A DNA stretch of 44,447 nucleotides from the IMG/VR virus record IMGVR_UViG_3300002461_000295, positions 1-44,447 of that record. One strand, written 5' to 3'. The DNA comes from a virus. The notes beneath the pieces were generated by a model. That model made no database searches and was not told the origin of the DNA. It worked only from the letters and a program-made list of their open reading frames with translations. The position numbers were made by a program, and so were the translations under genes. The number at the start of each line of letters is the position of its first letter. The stretch's first letter is position 1. Below, in pieces: positions 16,701 through 26,397 of the stretch.

Positions 16701-19700
16701 CGTCCGTTGTGTCCGCGTCCGCATAGATCGGCGGGACGCCTTTAGGCAGCAGCGCCAGCGCATCGGCCCCATAGGTCTCGACCAGCCAGGCGCGATCCAG
16801 CTTCACCTTGACGGCTTCACGATCCGGCTCACCCAGCCACCGGCCCGTGCGCAGAAGGTGAAGCGCGCGGAACTCAGGACGGGAATTGATCGCGTCCGTC
16901 ATGCTCGCGCGGACGTTGGTTTCCTCCTCCTTCCACGCCTTCGTGCGCTCGCGCCGGATCGTCGCCATCGTCTTGTAAAGCAGCGCATCGAACGCCTCAG
17001 ACCGCGCGTCCGCCGTCGCCTGTTGGTACGCGGCAAACTCAGCTTCCGTCATGCCAGCTTGCGCGGCGTCAGTGAACATCGCCTTCACGCCTTGGCGCGC
17101 GCGCTCTTCGTTGATCGCATCCTCGGTTGCCAGCATCCGATCAAACACGGCCCGCACTTCCGGCGTCAGATCGACGCGAAGGTTCGACACATGCTTGTAG
17201 ATATTGAGCAGCCAGCCCCGGAAAGCATCGAACGCCCGGCGCAGCGTCGCGGACGGCGACTTGCCTTCCATCGTGTAGCGCTCAAACCCGCGCGCCCACA
17301 ATTCATGCGCCTCGGTTGGGATGAAGCCGTCATCACCGACCGGCGCGCCATTCTCAGCGAACCAGGCCTTCACGGTCTCCCAATCAGCCTTCACGTCGTC
17401 CGGCGCGCCCGTCATCATCGCGTTGCGCTTGAACTCTTCAAGCCAGACGTGCCCGGTTTCGTGGATCACCGTTGACAGGTCCGAGCCTTGGAACAGGTCA
17501 ATGAACGTCGGACCCGTTTGCCCGGAGATGATACCACCCGTCGTCCGCCCGCGCGTGCCCTGAAACAGCGGGAAGCCTTGCCGCGCCGCGTCGCGCAGCT
17601 CAGGCGTGATCGTGAAACCCGGCTGTCCGGCAGGACCGAGCTTTTCCATTTCCGCCTTGATTACATCGATCGTCCCTTCAGGCACGACCAGTCGAAGCGC
17701 TTGATCGTACAGGTCTTGCGCTTCATTCCATGCAGCGCGCGCATCGTCAGCAGCCGCGCGAATGTTGTCGGGGATGGCACTGTCCGGCGCGGGCGCGTCG
17801 ATAATCTCACGGGCTTGCGTCCGCAGCTCGACAGCCCGGCGCGCGTTGCCCGCCGCGCTTTCACGATCAGCTTCCTGATACAGCTCAAAAGCCTTGTCGC
17901 GATTGGCGGCGCGCCCAGCGTCAGCGGCTCGACCGAGCGCCGCTTGCGCTTCGCGCACCGCCGCGCCCAATTCCATTACATAGGAAAGCCCGCGATCCAG
18001 CGCCGTTCGCAACGCCTGTTGCTGATCAGCGGGAAGCGCAGCAAATTGCGCAGCGTAATTCTCAGTGACTTGCAGCCGATCGGCATACTCTTCGGACTTG
18101 TCGCGCATGCCATCGACGCGCAGACGCTCAACCTTTGTGCCATAAGGCTTCAGCAGCTTGTTCGTGACGTTGACCAGATCGCGCTCATAGAACCAGCCGA
18201 CATTGTCGTTCGTCTTGCCGCCGTTGTTTTGCCCCTGCTTCACCCACGCGACTTGATCGTATCCGCCTTCAGCCGCCCAAGCGATAATCCGCTTCATCAC
18301 CAGGTCCGGCCATGTTTTCTTGAAGGGCGCGTCTGGGATGCCGTTGATATTTTCAGCATCGTTACGCCGTTGGCGGGCTTCATCGACGCGCAACGCCGCC
18401 GCCTGATAGGCCGATGCCGCAGCCGCCAGCTCTTCCGGCACCTTTTCCATAAGGTTCATGTCGCGGTTAATGATCCGCATGCGATCCATTGGCATGCGCT
18501 CGCGTTCGTCCGAATTGGATGCCTCTATCGCGGCAATGCCCTCTTCGGTCTCGTAACCCATTTCGTCGCGGATTTGATCGTCCGAAAGCCCACGCTCACG
18601 AAACACGCGCAAAGCAGCGCGCATCGCCTGAAGCATGTCGTCGCGATAGCGATCATAGGCGGCAAACAGATCGTTGCGCGCCGCGTCCGCAGCGTCGTTG
18701 GCAAGCTGCACGCCCTGTTGCGCCTCAAACACCGCCATCGGATCGACGGGTTGCGCATATCCTTGCTCCCGGCCCTTTTGATGCCAATCGCTTTGCACTT
18801 CCTCGACGAACAGGACGCGCTCACCGTCCGGCCCGACCTTGTCCATGAAGCGCGCGTGCGCGACGACGGCAGGCGTATCCCAATGCGTGTCCGGCGCGCT
18901 TTCAGGATTGCGACCTTCGCCCAACGGGAGCGTGATCAGTAGCTCGTTATAGGTTGGGTTGCGTTCGTCGCTCGAATAAGATTGGTAGCGAGCGCCGCCG
19001 CTTTCTTCGACCAGACTTTCCGCAACAATCGACGCCCAATCGTCATCCAGCTCTTCGGGATCGTCAGGGTTTTGCAGCTCTGGAAACTTGTCGAGTTGAC
19101 TGTTGATTTCCGAATAAGCGACGCCGTCGTTCTCAAGGGCGCGCGCGACGTCCTCGACCGACGCTTCGCCACGGATCGCACGCCCGATAGCCGGGGAATA
19201 GTACGGGCTTCCCATGTTGATGATTGTGGCTCCCAGCACGCTTTCATCAACGCGGATACCGCCGTCGCGCAACATCGCCAGGATCGCATCACGCTCGACC
19301 GGACCTGTCTGGATATCGAGCCAGTCGTTCAGGCCGGACCATTCCAATTCTTCAGCCTTGACGCCGGGAGCCTTGGCGAGCGTCGCCTTCCACTGTGTTG
19401 CGGGCGCGCGCGCCGTCTTGACCGCCTCGACCGTGCGCTGAAGCTGCGAATAGAACACTTCGCCGGACGGCTCCATGTTCTGAAACAGCTCACGCTCAGC
19501 AACCTTTTGCAGCGCTTCCGTCCGATCCTTGCCGCGCGGATAGGTGGCAACCTTCAGCCCGTACCCTTTCAGCGCATCGACGACGTCCTTCGGTGTATCG
19601 TCCGGCACCACCGCCGCCTTGAACTCACCAAAGCGAACCGGGCGCTGGACCTTCACTTCGAAATACTCAGTCGGAAGATTTGCCAGCTTGCGCAGATACG

Positions 19701-22700
19701 CACGCGCTTCCGTCAGCAATTCGTCGCTGGCAGGCTCTTCGAAGATTTCCTTTTGCCACTCGCGAATATCGCCGCGCGACAAGTCTTTCATGAATTGCGA
19801 GAAGATATCGATCCAACCAAAGTCCTTCCCGCTACGGTGCAAATGCTCAAACCGCTCGGCGAGCGCAAACAATTCATCGGACGCCTCACTCTTCACGGCT
19901 TCCATTTGATCAGGCGTGACAATGTTATTGCGGGCTTTCTTGATTGCCGTGATCGACTTGAATTGATTGGCAACGCTCGCACGCAGCGAGCCAACGCCGT
20001 AGTTATAGCCTTCCCCGTCGCGAATTGTGCGCGTCATGTCGCGAACCAGCGCGTCCATTTCATAGGGTTGGCGACGCCCGGACGTGCGACTTTCAAAGAA
20101 TTTCTTCCCCAGAACATCGCGATATTTACCAGCGATCCAGGCCTGATATTCCCCTTCGCGCTTTTTCGTCGCGGTCATCTTTTTGTCGATCGCGCGCCGC
20201 GTCGCATAGATATCGACTTCGCGCGGCCCGTTGGCGCGAGCGACTTCAGCCGCGCGCCCTTGCAACTCGCGAAACGCAACCGTGCCGTCTTCCATCAGCC
20301 AGCGATCACCAACGCGGTTTGCGGCCTCTTCCCCGGCGCGCGCCGCAATGTCAGCAAGCTCGCGCTCGATCACCGCACGGACGGCAGGCTCAAAGTTGGG
20401 ATCATCGGCAATGTCATAGCGCGATCCCTTGAACCCCTTCAGCTCAGGTTGCAGCGGTATCTTGGCCGCATAAGCCAGCTTCACGTTTTGCCCGATCGAG
20501 CGCAGATATGTCAGCTTGGCCGCATAGGATCGTTCGACCGCTTCCAGTCCTTCACGCGATATCGTGGTTTCATCAAACTCGTTATCGAGGCTTGCGCCCA
20601 GATCGTCCGCCGCCTGCTTCATGTCCGCCAGCATGACGCGCAGCTTCGGACCAACCAGATCGTACCGCGCGCGCGGCTGGCGAGGCGAATAGACGTCAGC
20701 ATCAAACGCCTTCGCGCCCGCCGACGCGGCCAGCTCTGGCGAGCCAACCAGCGAGATTTCACCGAAATTGCTGAAGCCCAGATCGGCGCGGATCACCGCG
20801 ATTGATGGAGCCGCCAGCCCGCCCAACTCTTCCGCATTGCGGAAACCCGCAATCGACAGGTTGTGAACAACGACAAGCGGACGGCCCTCTTGATCGAAAT
20901 ACGGCACGTCACCAACCGGCTGTTCGTTCCGATAGCTGTCCAGCGCCTTGCGGATTTCAGCCGTCGTTGCCTTGTCAGGATCGATCCCGCTGTTTTCGAG
21001 GATGCCCCGCAAGTCTTCAGCCGCCCGGCGCACGTCATCGGACGCGCTCCCCGGCGTGTCCGCCGCATAGCGCGGCGTGCCGCGAAGCTCAGCGTCGATC
21101 GCATCCAGCAGGGCTTGCGTGTCCGGCAGATCGCTATAGCCGCCCTCGGTAATGTCACCCGACAATTCCGCGCTGCGTTGCAGCTCAGGAAAATACCCAG
21201 CCTCGATCGCCGCCTGAAGCGTGTCGTCCAGGCCAGCACCCGTTTGCCCAGCGCCGCCCAGCATGCCACCTTGCGCCGCGTTTGCGGCGACGTCAGCGCT
21301 CGACCGGCGCACCAGCTTGCGGCGGAACCGGCCTTCGCGGTGCCAGCGATCCGCGCCCATCGACGCCAGATCACCGCCGACGTCGTCGATCCCGCCACGC
21401 GCCGCGATAAACTCCAACAGGGAAGGGCCGAAGCGTTGACGATCCGTTGCCGCGCTCTTGTCCCGACGCATGGCGTTGATCGTCATGTCCAGACCATCGA
21501 CCGCTTGAACGCGGCTCAGCGCTTCCGGCAAGATACGGCGAAACTCGACCGGGTTGAGCTTGCGGTAATCCGTCGCAGTCATGCCCAGCCGCGCGGCCCA
21601 TGTCTCACTGTTCGCCGCCCAGAGCTGCGCATAGCGATCCGCCGCGTCCGGCGCGAACCCGGCATTGGCGAGCTGATCCCGCACTTGGCTATAGACTTGC
21701 GCGGCAGGCTCAGCCGCCGTTGCCGCAGCCGTCATTTGCTCGACGATTTGCGCTTGCGTGCGATCCAGCCCTTCGGCCTGCAATTGTTCCAGGCTGGCAA
21801 GCTCAGCTTCGGACATGCCGCCCGGCGAGAACCGCGCTTCAGGTTGCAGCGCGCGCCATGCGTCCGTACCCGCCAGCCGCGCCGCCGCGTCCGCCGTTGG
21901 GATCACAACGTCACCGTCGAGCGCCAGCGCTTCATCAATCTGTTCGGCGTAATCGCTCCAAAACGGATCGTCGCGGTATCCGTCTTGCATCAGATCGCGG
22001 ATCGCTTCAGCCAGGATATAGATATTCTCGACAGGCGTTCCCTGCGTCTGTCCTTCGACAAACTCGCGAAACGCTTCAGGATCACGCGCCCGCAGCTTCG
22101 ACGCTTCCGCATCGGCCATCAGGCTGTCCATGATCACCGCCCCGGCCTTCGCCCGGTTGGCTTCAGCATAGGTGCGGATTTCGGCGCGGATACGCCCACC
22201 GGCCTCTTGCGCGGCGCGCAGCGGTCCGCCGAGAAACGCGCCGCCGATCGCGCCTTGCAGCATTTGATCGAGCGCTTCCGTCAGGTTGCCACCCTTTTCG
22301 GTGCCAAGCGCGCCACCGGCATATTCAACGCCAGACTGAAGCGCCTCGGTCCCGGCCTCACCAGCCGCCGCAAAACCGATCCGCGTCCCGACGCGGGCAG
22401 CAGCCCCGCCACCGACGCGAGACGCCACAGCGCCCGCCGCACGGCCAAAAACAGCCTCGATCCCCAGCCGCTCGATCAGCGCCGATGCCACCGCCGCAGG
22501 CGCGGCCATCGCCACATCGGTAATCGACGCATCGGCCCGCCCGTTATTCTGTGCCCGCGTCTGTCCGATATTGCCCGCTTGGCTGGCAACATAGGCAGGC
22601 AGGGCCAAGCCAGCAACCGCCATGCCGGGGATCGACTGGATACCGCTCTCGACGCCGAACGCGGCAATGTTACCCGCCGTTGGCCGCGCCTTCACATCGG

Positions 22701-23343
22701 CCCAGGTTGTCGCACCGCGTACCGGCGCAACCGCGTTGACCGTTGCCGAGCGCGCGCGGAGCTGTTCGGCTTTGCGTCGCGCCGCCGCCGTGCTGTCCGC
22801 CGACGTCCACGGCAGGGGATTGTTCGCATCCCATTCCTGAAGCGCGCCGCCGAGCTGGTAAAGCCCGGCTTCCAGCGACGAGATACCGCTTCGACCAAGC
22901 GCCAGCGCGCGATCGAAGAACCCGTCCGCAGTCTCAGCGTCGCGGGACTGGTTCGCCGCATCGCGCATGATGCCCATAGACACCGCACGATCGGTCGAAT
23001 TGCTACCCGGCTTGTTCCAGAACGATCGAAAGTGATTGCTGATCGACTTCAGCGTTGGCGCATCATCGCCCGCCGCCGCCGCGTTGCGCGGCTCTGCGTA
23101 CCACTTTTGCAGATAAGGCGAGCCGGAACGTACCGTTTCGACCGTGCGACGCGCAGCGGTTTCCTGTTGCAGCTCAGGAAGGTTGCGCTCGACGACGACA
23201 GGCGGAAGGCCCAGCTCACGCGCCAGCCGGTTGGCGCTTGCCGCCGTGTCCGGTTGCGCGCGCCGTTGACCGATGATGGCAGGGCCGGGATTGCGATCGG
23301 CGTCGAGCTGTTCGTTAATCCAGTCGCGATCATCGCTCACCAC
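13738..23343 (-). CDS. Giant 3201-aa virion / ejection-protein candidate (T7 gp16 position) with an embedded HExxH motif
   Basis: Single uninterrupted ORF with GTGA-type coupling to the upstream gene. Gly/Ala-rich hydrophobic region at aa ~224-376. HETGH at aa 1961-1965 (nt 17449-17463). Two hydrophobic segments near the C-terminus. Confidence 0.9.
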   Translation of the reverse strand: MVSDDRDWINEQLDADRNPGPAIIGQRRAQPDTAASANRLARELGLPPVVVERNLPELQQETAARRTVETVRSGSPYLQKWYAEPRNAAAAGDDAPTLKSISNHFRSFWNKPGSNSTDRAVSMGIMRDAANQSRDAETADGFFDRALALGRSGISSLEAGLYQLGGALQEWDANNPLPWTSADSTAAARRKAEQLRARSATVNAVAPVRGATTWADVKARPTAGNIAAFGVESGIQSIPGMAVAGLALPAYVASQAGNIGQTRAQNNGRADASITDVAMAAPAAVASALIERLGIEAVFGRAAGAVASRVGGGAAARVGTRIGFAAAGEAGTEALQSGVEYAGGALGTEKGGNLTEALDQMLQGAIGGAFLGGPLRAAQEAGGRIRAEIRTYAEANRAKAGAVIMDSLMADAEASKLRARDPEAFREFVEGQTQGTPVENIYILAEAIRDLMQDGYRDDPFWSDYAEQIDEALALDGDVVIPTADAAARLAGTDAWRALQPEARFSPGGMSEAELASLEQLQAEGLDRTQAQIVEQMTAAATAAEPAAQVYSQVRDQLANAGFAPDAADRYAQLWAANSETWAARLGMTATDYRKLNPVEFRRILPEALSRVQAVDGLDMTINAMRRDKSAATDRQRFGPSLLEFIAARGGIDDVGGDLASMGADRWHREGRFRRKLVRRSSADVAANAAQGGMLGGAGQTGAGLDDTLQAAIEAGYFPELQRSAELSGDITEGGYSDLPDTQALLDAIDAELRGTPRYAADTPGSASDDVRRAAEDLRGILENSGIDPDKATTAEIRKALDSYRNEQPVGDVPYFDQEGRPLVVVHNLSIAGFRNAEELGGLAAPSIAVIRADLGFSNFGEISLVGSPELAASAGAKAFDADVYSPRQPRARYDLVGPKLRVMLADMKQAADDLGASLDNEFDETTISREGLEAVERSYAAKLTYLRSIGQNVKLAYAAKIPLQPELKGFKGSRYDIADDPNFEPAVRAVIERELADIAARAGEEAANRVGDRWLMEDGTVAFRELQGRAAEVARANGPREVDIYATRRAIDKKMTATKKREGEYQAWIAGKYRDVLGKKFFESRTSGRRQPYEMDALVRDMTRTIRDGEGYNYGVGSLRASVANQFKSITAIKKARNNIVTPDQMEAVKSEASDELFALAERFEHLHRSGKDFGWIDIFSQFMKDLSRGDIREWQKEIFEEPASDELLTEARAYLRKLANLPTEYFEVKVQRPVRFGEFKAAVVPDDTPKDVVDALKGYGLKVATYPRGKDRTEALQKVAERELFQNMEPSGEVFYSQLQRTVEAVKTARAPATQWKATLAKAPGVKAEELEWSGLNDWLDIQTGPVERDAILAMLRDGGIRVDESVLGATIINMGSPYYSPAIGRAIRGEASVEDVARALENDGVAYSEINSQLDKFPELQNPDDPEELDDDWASIVAESLVEESGGARYQSYSSDERNPTYNELLITLPLGEGRNPESAPDTHWDTPAVVAHARFMDKVGPDGERVLFVEEVQSDWHQKGREQGYAQPVDPMAVFEAQQGVQLANDAADAARNDLFAAYDRYRDDMLQAMRAALRVFRERGLSDDQIRDEMGYETEEGIAAIEASNSDERERMPMDRMRIINRDMNLMEKVPEELAAAASAYQAAALRVDEARQRRNDAENINGIPDAPFKKTWPDLVMKRIIAWAAEGGYDQVAWVKQGQNNGGKTNDNVGWFYERDLVNVTNKLLKPYGTKVERLRVDGMRDKSEEYADRLQVTENYAAQFAALPADQQQALRTALDRGLSYVMELGAAVREAQAALGRAADAGRAANRDKAFELYQEADRESAAGNARRAVELRTQAREIIDAPAPDSAIPDNIRAAADDARAAWNEAQDLYDQALRLVVPEGTIDVIKAEMEKLGPAGQPGFTITPELRDAARQGFPLFQGTRGRTTGGIISGQTGPTFIDLFQGSDLSTVIHETGHVWLEEFKRNAMMTGAPDDVKADWETVKAWFAENGAPVGDDGFIPTEAHELWARGFERYTMEGKSPSATLRRAFDAFRGWLLNIYKHVSNLRVDLTPEVRAVFDRMLATEDAINEERARQGVKAMFTDAAQAGMTEAEFAAYQQATADARSEAFDALLYKTMATIRRERTKAWKEEETNVRASMTDAINSRPEFRALHLLRTGRWLGEPDREAVKVKLDRAWLVETYGADALALLPKGVPPIYADADTTDADTIAAMAGFRNGDEMVRSLMGVEQLQSEMRGAGDKRTVRARLIDEQTAATMIERHGDLLNDGTIEEEALAAINNDRQAEVIAAEARQLGKGRGVAPTPYRLAREWAARKIAEGKVVDVASRSAIQRYARAVAKAGRSAEAAFIAGDVDEAFRQKQSQMLNQALLVEAKRAADDVEAAVTRLGKIAKRATMKSVDQEYLDRAHALLEKFDFRPRSQRSINEQESFAVWAAGQQANGIDIVIPPRLEDAGVPYSRMSVEELKGLDDSVKQVIHLGRLKQKLLDAKDQRDFDEVVGEALSTVEGLRQRNPNNRMSPNIADKLKAHIASADAALLKMETVFDWLDDGNPNGTFNRVVFRRIADAQTREREMMGDYIGRIQGLMKALPKETIKRWSEHVTIPEFLNRETGQPWDMTRDQLISIALNVGNEGNFDKLARGYGWSPDAIMRVLNRELKPEEWTLVQSLWDTIETLWPQIASMEKRLNGVEPEKVERRAFVLNDGTTMNGGYYPVVYDTAKDLTAEQQAAAAGDALFENIYTRATTPRGFTKARTAVARPVLLSLAVLNRHVAEVIHDVTHREAVIDADRFLSDRRIVKAIRGTLGPEVQRQLRPWLQHIANEWAIDRRGAEGWDKLAKTLRTHSTIIGMGYRLSTILMQIGGYANSTEQIGVRWMASGFRATMGTPAKIAQSFDFVMEKSGEVRFRMDTMERDINANVRDLQGRRGILADVRRFAFHGIGYMDRVVVIPTWMGAYNKALHEGMTDADAVFYADKMVRNSQGAGSAKDLSSVQRGSEWMRLATMFYSYANTFYNRQRSIARDAGDAVAARRASDFPELLARSFWLFAVAPLVPALIGAGLNGNGPEEDEDWGMWAMQHMFFGLFLGVPVIRDIAGSAASGFDYSFTPASRMIETAIKTGKDVASLVDMNEDTEPSGRAVKNAVETIGYVAKLPVGQVSNAAQFITDWANGEVDPQTAGDWLRGLQTGKLEDRRD

Positions 23344-25454
23344 TTGACCCCTTTGCCGCGAATATAAATCCGCGTGATTTCGGCGTCCGTCGCATCAGGT
23401 GCCGCCGCCTTGATCCGATTACGGATTTCCGCAGGGACCGCAACGCTTACGTTGAAATTGCCACCCGGCGCTTCGAACCCAAAGCCGCGCGCCGTGCCAT
23501 TCTCGGTCTTCCAGGTGCCTTCGATCAGATAGCGATCAGCCTGCTTGCGGATTTCCTCGCTGTTCGGCAGGCGTCCGTTGGTTGCTTTGAAGCTGTTCGC
23601 CCAATCGTGCATCGTCACCGTGAACGCACGCACGCGCGGCGCGTCCTTCAGCGCGTCCTTGCTGTCACCCGTGCGCACGCCAGCCGCCGACAGGAGCGAC
23701 TTGGACACCGCCATGATTTCACTGTCCGTCGTCCATTGCGGCGTCTTGCCGTTGCCGCCGCCGCGCGTACTTTGAAGCACATCGCGCCGCCACCCGAGAT
23801 AGGTGTTAAAGTCCCCGTCGTCGAGAAACCCGCGCACTTGCTCAGGCCGGATCGCCAGAAACGCCTTTGGATCGGCAGCATAGGCGTCCGACAGGACGGA
23901 CCATTTGGCCGGATCAGTTTGCTCACGCGCCGTTTGTGCCGCCTTCACATTCGACCGCGCCCAATTGGAAAACTGAAGCCGGGTTTCAGGCGACAGCTTT
24001 GCAAAATTAGGGATTTGGCTTGGCGACGTGAAATTGTCACCCAGCGCCATCACGCTTTCGAGTGCCGCATCCTTCGCCTGATTTTCGCGCTCCCTTTCAA
24101 CGCGCTTGTTCAGCTCAAAACGTCGCTCTACTTCCGCCCGCGCCGACTGGCGCACTTCGTCCGTCACCCCGCGCTCGCGCGCGATCCGATCGACCGTTGC
24201 AAGCTGCGCACCCAGATCGCCCGAGGCGTTGCCTTGCGACGTGCCGCCGCCAAGCGCCGCCATCCCGTTGGCGACATAGTCCCGCGTTTCCTTTGGCATG
24301 GCCGCAAGCCAGCCGGACCCGCGTTCGCGGATCGCTTCATCGACCCGGCCCGGCCCGCCATTGTACGCGGCCATCGCCCGCGCCGGATCATTGCCATAAC
24401 GCGCCATCATCGCCGTCAGATAGTCGCGGCCAACCCGAGCGCGCTCAGCTTCGCTATCATTCTGCGCAGGGCGGACCCCAAAGCCGGGATCAGCATTCGT
24501 GCCCGGCATGACTTGCATGGGGCCGCGCGCGCCCTTTTTGCTTGTCTTGGGATCAGCCAGCGAGCCGCCGCCTTCCAGCCCCAGCACGACGCTGATCAGG
24601 CGCGGCATGACCGGACCCTTAGCGTCAGCCATTGGCCCCGGCTCACCAACCGCCATGTCAGCCAGGCCGTTCGCATCGCGCTCGACCAGCGCGGGATGAA
24701 GCTGGCGGTCAAGCCGGAGCTGCGTTGCAGCGTCGATATTGTCGCGGTTTTTTTCGAGGAACGTCATGGCTGCAACGGGATCGCTTATCGCCTTTGCATC
24801 GACGACACCCGCATAGGCCTTCGATACCGCCTCAGACGTCATCGCCTTGATCACGCCCGCGTCCTGAAGCCCGAGCAACGCGGCTTGCGCCGTCACTTCA
24901 GACCGGATCGTCGCCAGCTCCAACGCGCTGCGCTCAGGATCATCGCGGAACAGAACGAAATTGTCGGTCGCATTCTGGACACGCGCCGAGGATTGCACCT
25001 TGGCATAGGACAGCGCTTGCCCTTGCGAATACCGAGCAAGCCCGTTCATCGTTTCTTGCCGACGCCGGTTGAGTACGTTCGTCAGCATGTCGCGCTCACG
25101 CGCGTTCTGCGTGCGCGCCGTCAGCGCACCAATCTGTTCAGTGATCGCTTGCTCTGTTGGTCCGCGTGCATTGAGCGCATCGGCGTTCTGCTTCGTGTAG
25201 AAGCCCCCATCACCGAACAGCGTTGTTCGCTCAAACTCTTGATATTCGTTATCGAGCTGTTTCGCGCGCGCTTCATCGTACATTGCATTGACTTGATCGT
25301 CAGCGTTCGCCTTTTCGCTCAGCGCCGCGCCGAAACGCTGAAGCCCGGCACCAAGCGCACGCCCGGCGACCGACATATCAACCGCTTCGAACCGCTCCCC
25401 CGTTACCCCACGAAGGCGCTGTTCGTTTTCGACGATGACCGGAACGCGTGCCAT
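23337..25454 (-). CDS. Internal virion protein with lytic transglycosylase (SLT) domain (705 aa)
   Basis: LGLEGGGS...GARGPMQVMPGT...AMAAYNGGPGRV matches SLT-domain motifs. It lies between the gp14-like and giant genes. Confidence 0.85.
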   Translation of the reverse strand: MARVPVIVENEQRLRGVTGERFEAVDMSVAGRALGAGLQRFGAALSEKANADDQVNAMYDEARAKQLDNEYQEFERTTLFGDGGFYTKQNADALNARGPTEQAITEQIGALTARTQNARERDMLTNVLNRRRQETMNGLARYSQGQALSYAKVQSSARVQNATDNFVLFRDDPERSALELATIRSEVTAQAALLGLQDAGVIKAMTSEAVSKAYAGVVDAKAISDPVAAMTFLEKNRDNIDAATQLRLDRQLHPALVERDANGLADMAVGEPGPMADAKGPVMPRLISVVLGLEGGGSLADPKTSKKGARGPMQVMPGTNADPGFGVRPAQNDSEAERARVGRDYLTAMMARYGNDPARAMAAYNGGPGRVDEAIRERGSGWLAAMPKETRDYVANGMAALGGGTSQGNASGDLGAQLATVDRIARERGVTDEVRQSARAEVERRFELNKRVERERENQAKDAALESVMALGDNFTSPSQIPNFAKLSPETRLQFSNWARSNVKAAQTAREQTDPAKWSVLSDAYAADPKAFLAIRPEQVRGFLDDGDFNTYLGWRRDVLQSTRGGGNGKTPQWTTDSEIMAVSKSLLSAAGVRTGDSKDALKDAPRVRAFTVTMHDWANSFKATNGRLPNSEEIRKQADRYLIEGTWKTENGTARGFGFEAPGGNFNVSVAVPAEIRNRIKAAAPDATDAEITRIYIRGKGVKW

Positions 25455-25960
25455 CAGGCCGCCTTTTTCGCGGCTTGCAGCTTGCGCACTTGCGACGCGC
25501 CGGACAGGATCGTTGACCCCGCATCAAACGCAGCGCCGATGATTGCCGCCTGCCCGGACGCGCGCGACGACGCGGCCTTGCCGACATTGTTCGACGCGCT
25601 GATTTCAAAGCCCTTGCTTTCGCGGATCGCATTCTCACGGATCGTTTGCGCGTCTTCCCAGCCGATCGCTTTCGTGTCGAGCTGAATATCCGCCGCAGAC
25701 CCAAAGTCCACTTCCAGCCCGTTGGCAGCAAGGGACGTACGCTGTTGCCCGAGCAATTGCGCGTTGCGCCGGTATTGCCGCGCCTCTTCGATCGCGCCGC
25801 GCTCGCGCGCATCCTTCGCCGCCTCGCGGTCGAGCGAAGCGTTCTGTTCGGCAACCTTGGCCTCATAGCCCGCTTGCCGTGAAGCGTTGACGCCTTGCGT
25901 TACAGACCCAGCAGCGGCGATGGCCGTGCCAGCTATCGCAAGAGTGACCGGATCGCACAT
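25454..25960 (-). CDS. Internal virion protein (gp14-like position, 168 aa)
   Basis: N-terminal hydrophobic/Gly-Ala stretch followed by a coiled coil. Synteny with podovirus core proteins. Confidence 0.7.
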   Translation of the reverse strand: MCDPVTLAIAGTAIAAAGSVTQGVNASRQAGYEAKVAEQNASLDREAAKDARERGAIEEARQYRRNAQLLGQQRTSLAANGLEVDFGSAADIQLDTKAIGWEDAQTIRENAIRESKGFEISASNNVGKAASSRASGQAAIIGAAFDAGSTILSGASQVRKLQAAKKAA

Positions 25961-26397
25961 TGCCTGAAGCCCCGCATTGGTTGGCCGTTGATAACATCGA
26001 TAGGACCAATTTCAAAACCAAGGCGCATCAGCCACCGGATTGCAACATCATTGTGCGCATGCACCCTGTTTTCCAGCGTTGGAAACCGCGCCAGCATTTG
26101 CGCCAGGTACACTCTTGCCGTGCCCACCAGCGCGCGCGGATGCCGAACCGCTTCGTCCGTCATCAGCATCCACGGGCTTCCGATCCCCTCGATTGTCGAG
26201 ACCGAACAGACGCCCATCATCGCTTCGACCCGGCCATCCACCTTTGCCGTCCATGCCAGCGCCGACGAGGCGAGCGACAGCCGCAAGGCCTGCTTCGGCG
26301 TCCGCCCGGCAACCGCGCATTCCAGCGCGTCAATGTCGCGCATCCGGTTCGCCAGCGGCCCGATATGGACAACGCTTGCGGGCACAATCGCGATCAT
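25933..26397 (-). CDS. Hypothetical 154-aa protein, possibly GNAT-fold
   Basis: ATG 26397 forms an ATGA overlap with the nozzle gene stop. The C-terminal ...VHAHNDVAIRWLMRLGFEI resembles the GNAT C-terminal strand-helix. The functional call is weak. Confidence 0.6.
   Translation of the reverse strand: MIAIVPASVVHIGPLANRMRDIDALECAVAGRTPKQALRLSLASSALAWTAKVDGRVEAMMGVCSVSTIEGIGSPWMLMTDEAVRHPRALVGTARVYLAQMLARFPTLENRVHAHNDVAIRWLMRLGFEIGPIDVINGQPMRGFRQCAIRSLLR

Noticed and set aside
13738-23343. Giant ORF as an N4-type virion RNA polymerase.
   Set aside because: I could not find the T7-like RNAP motif set (DxxGR, RxxxK...YG, HD catalytic motifs in order). The gene context is a T7-type ejection-protein slot rather than an N4-like genome. 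A profile search would be needed to exclude it formally.
13798-23367. Many long plus-strand ORFs opposite the giant gene (for example 20863..23367 at 834 aa, 18982..20805 at 607 aa, 17488..18942, 16234..17475 and 14440..15765).
   Set aside because: They are Arg/Pro/Ala-rich shadow frames typical of the antisense strand of GC-rich genes. They tile one uninterrupted 3201-aa minus-strand ORF that has a coherent protein-like sequence.
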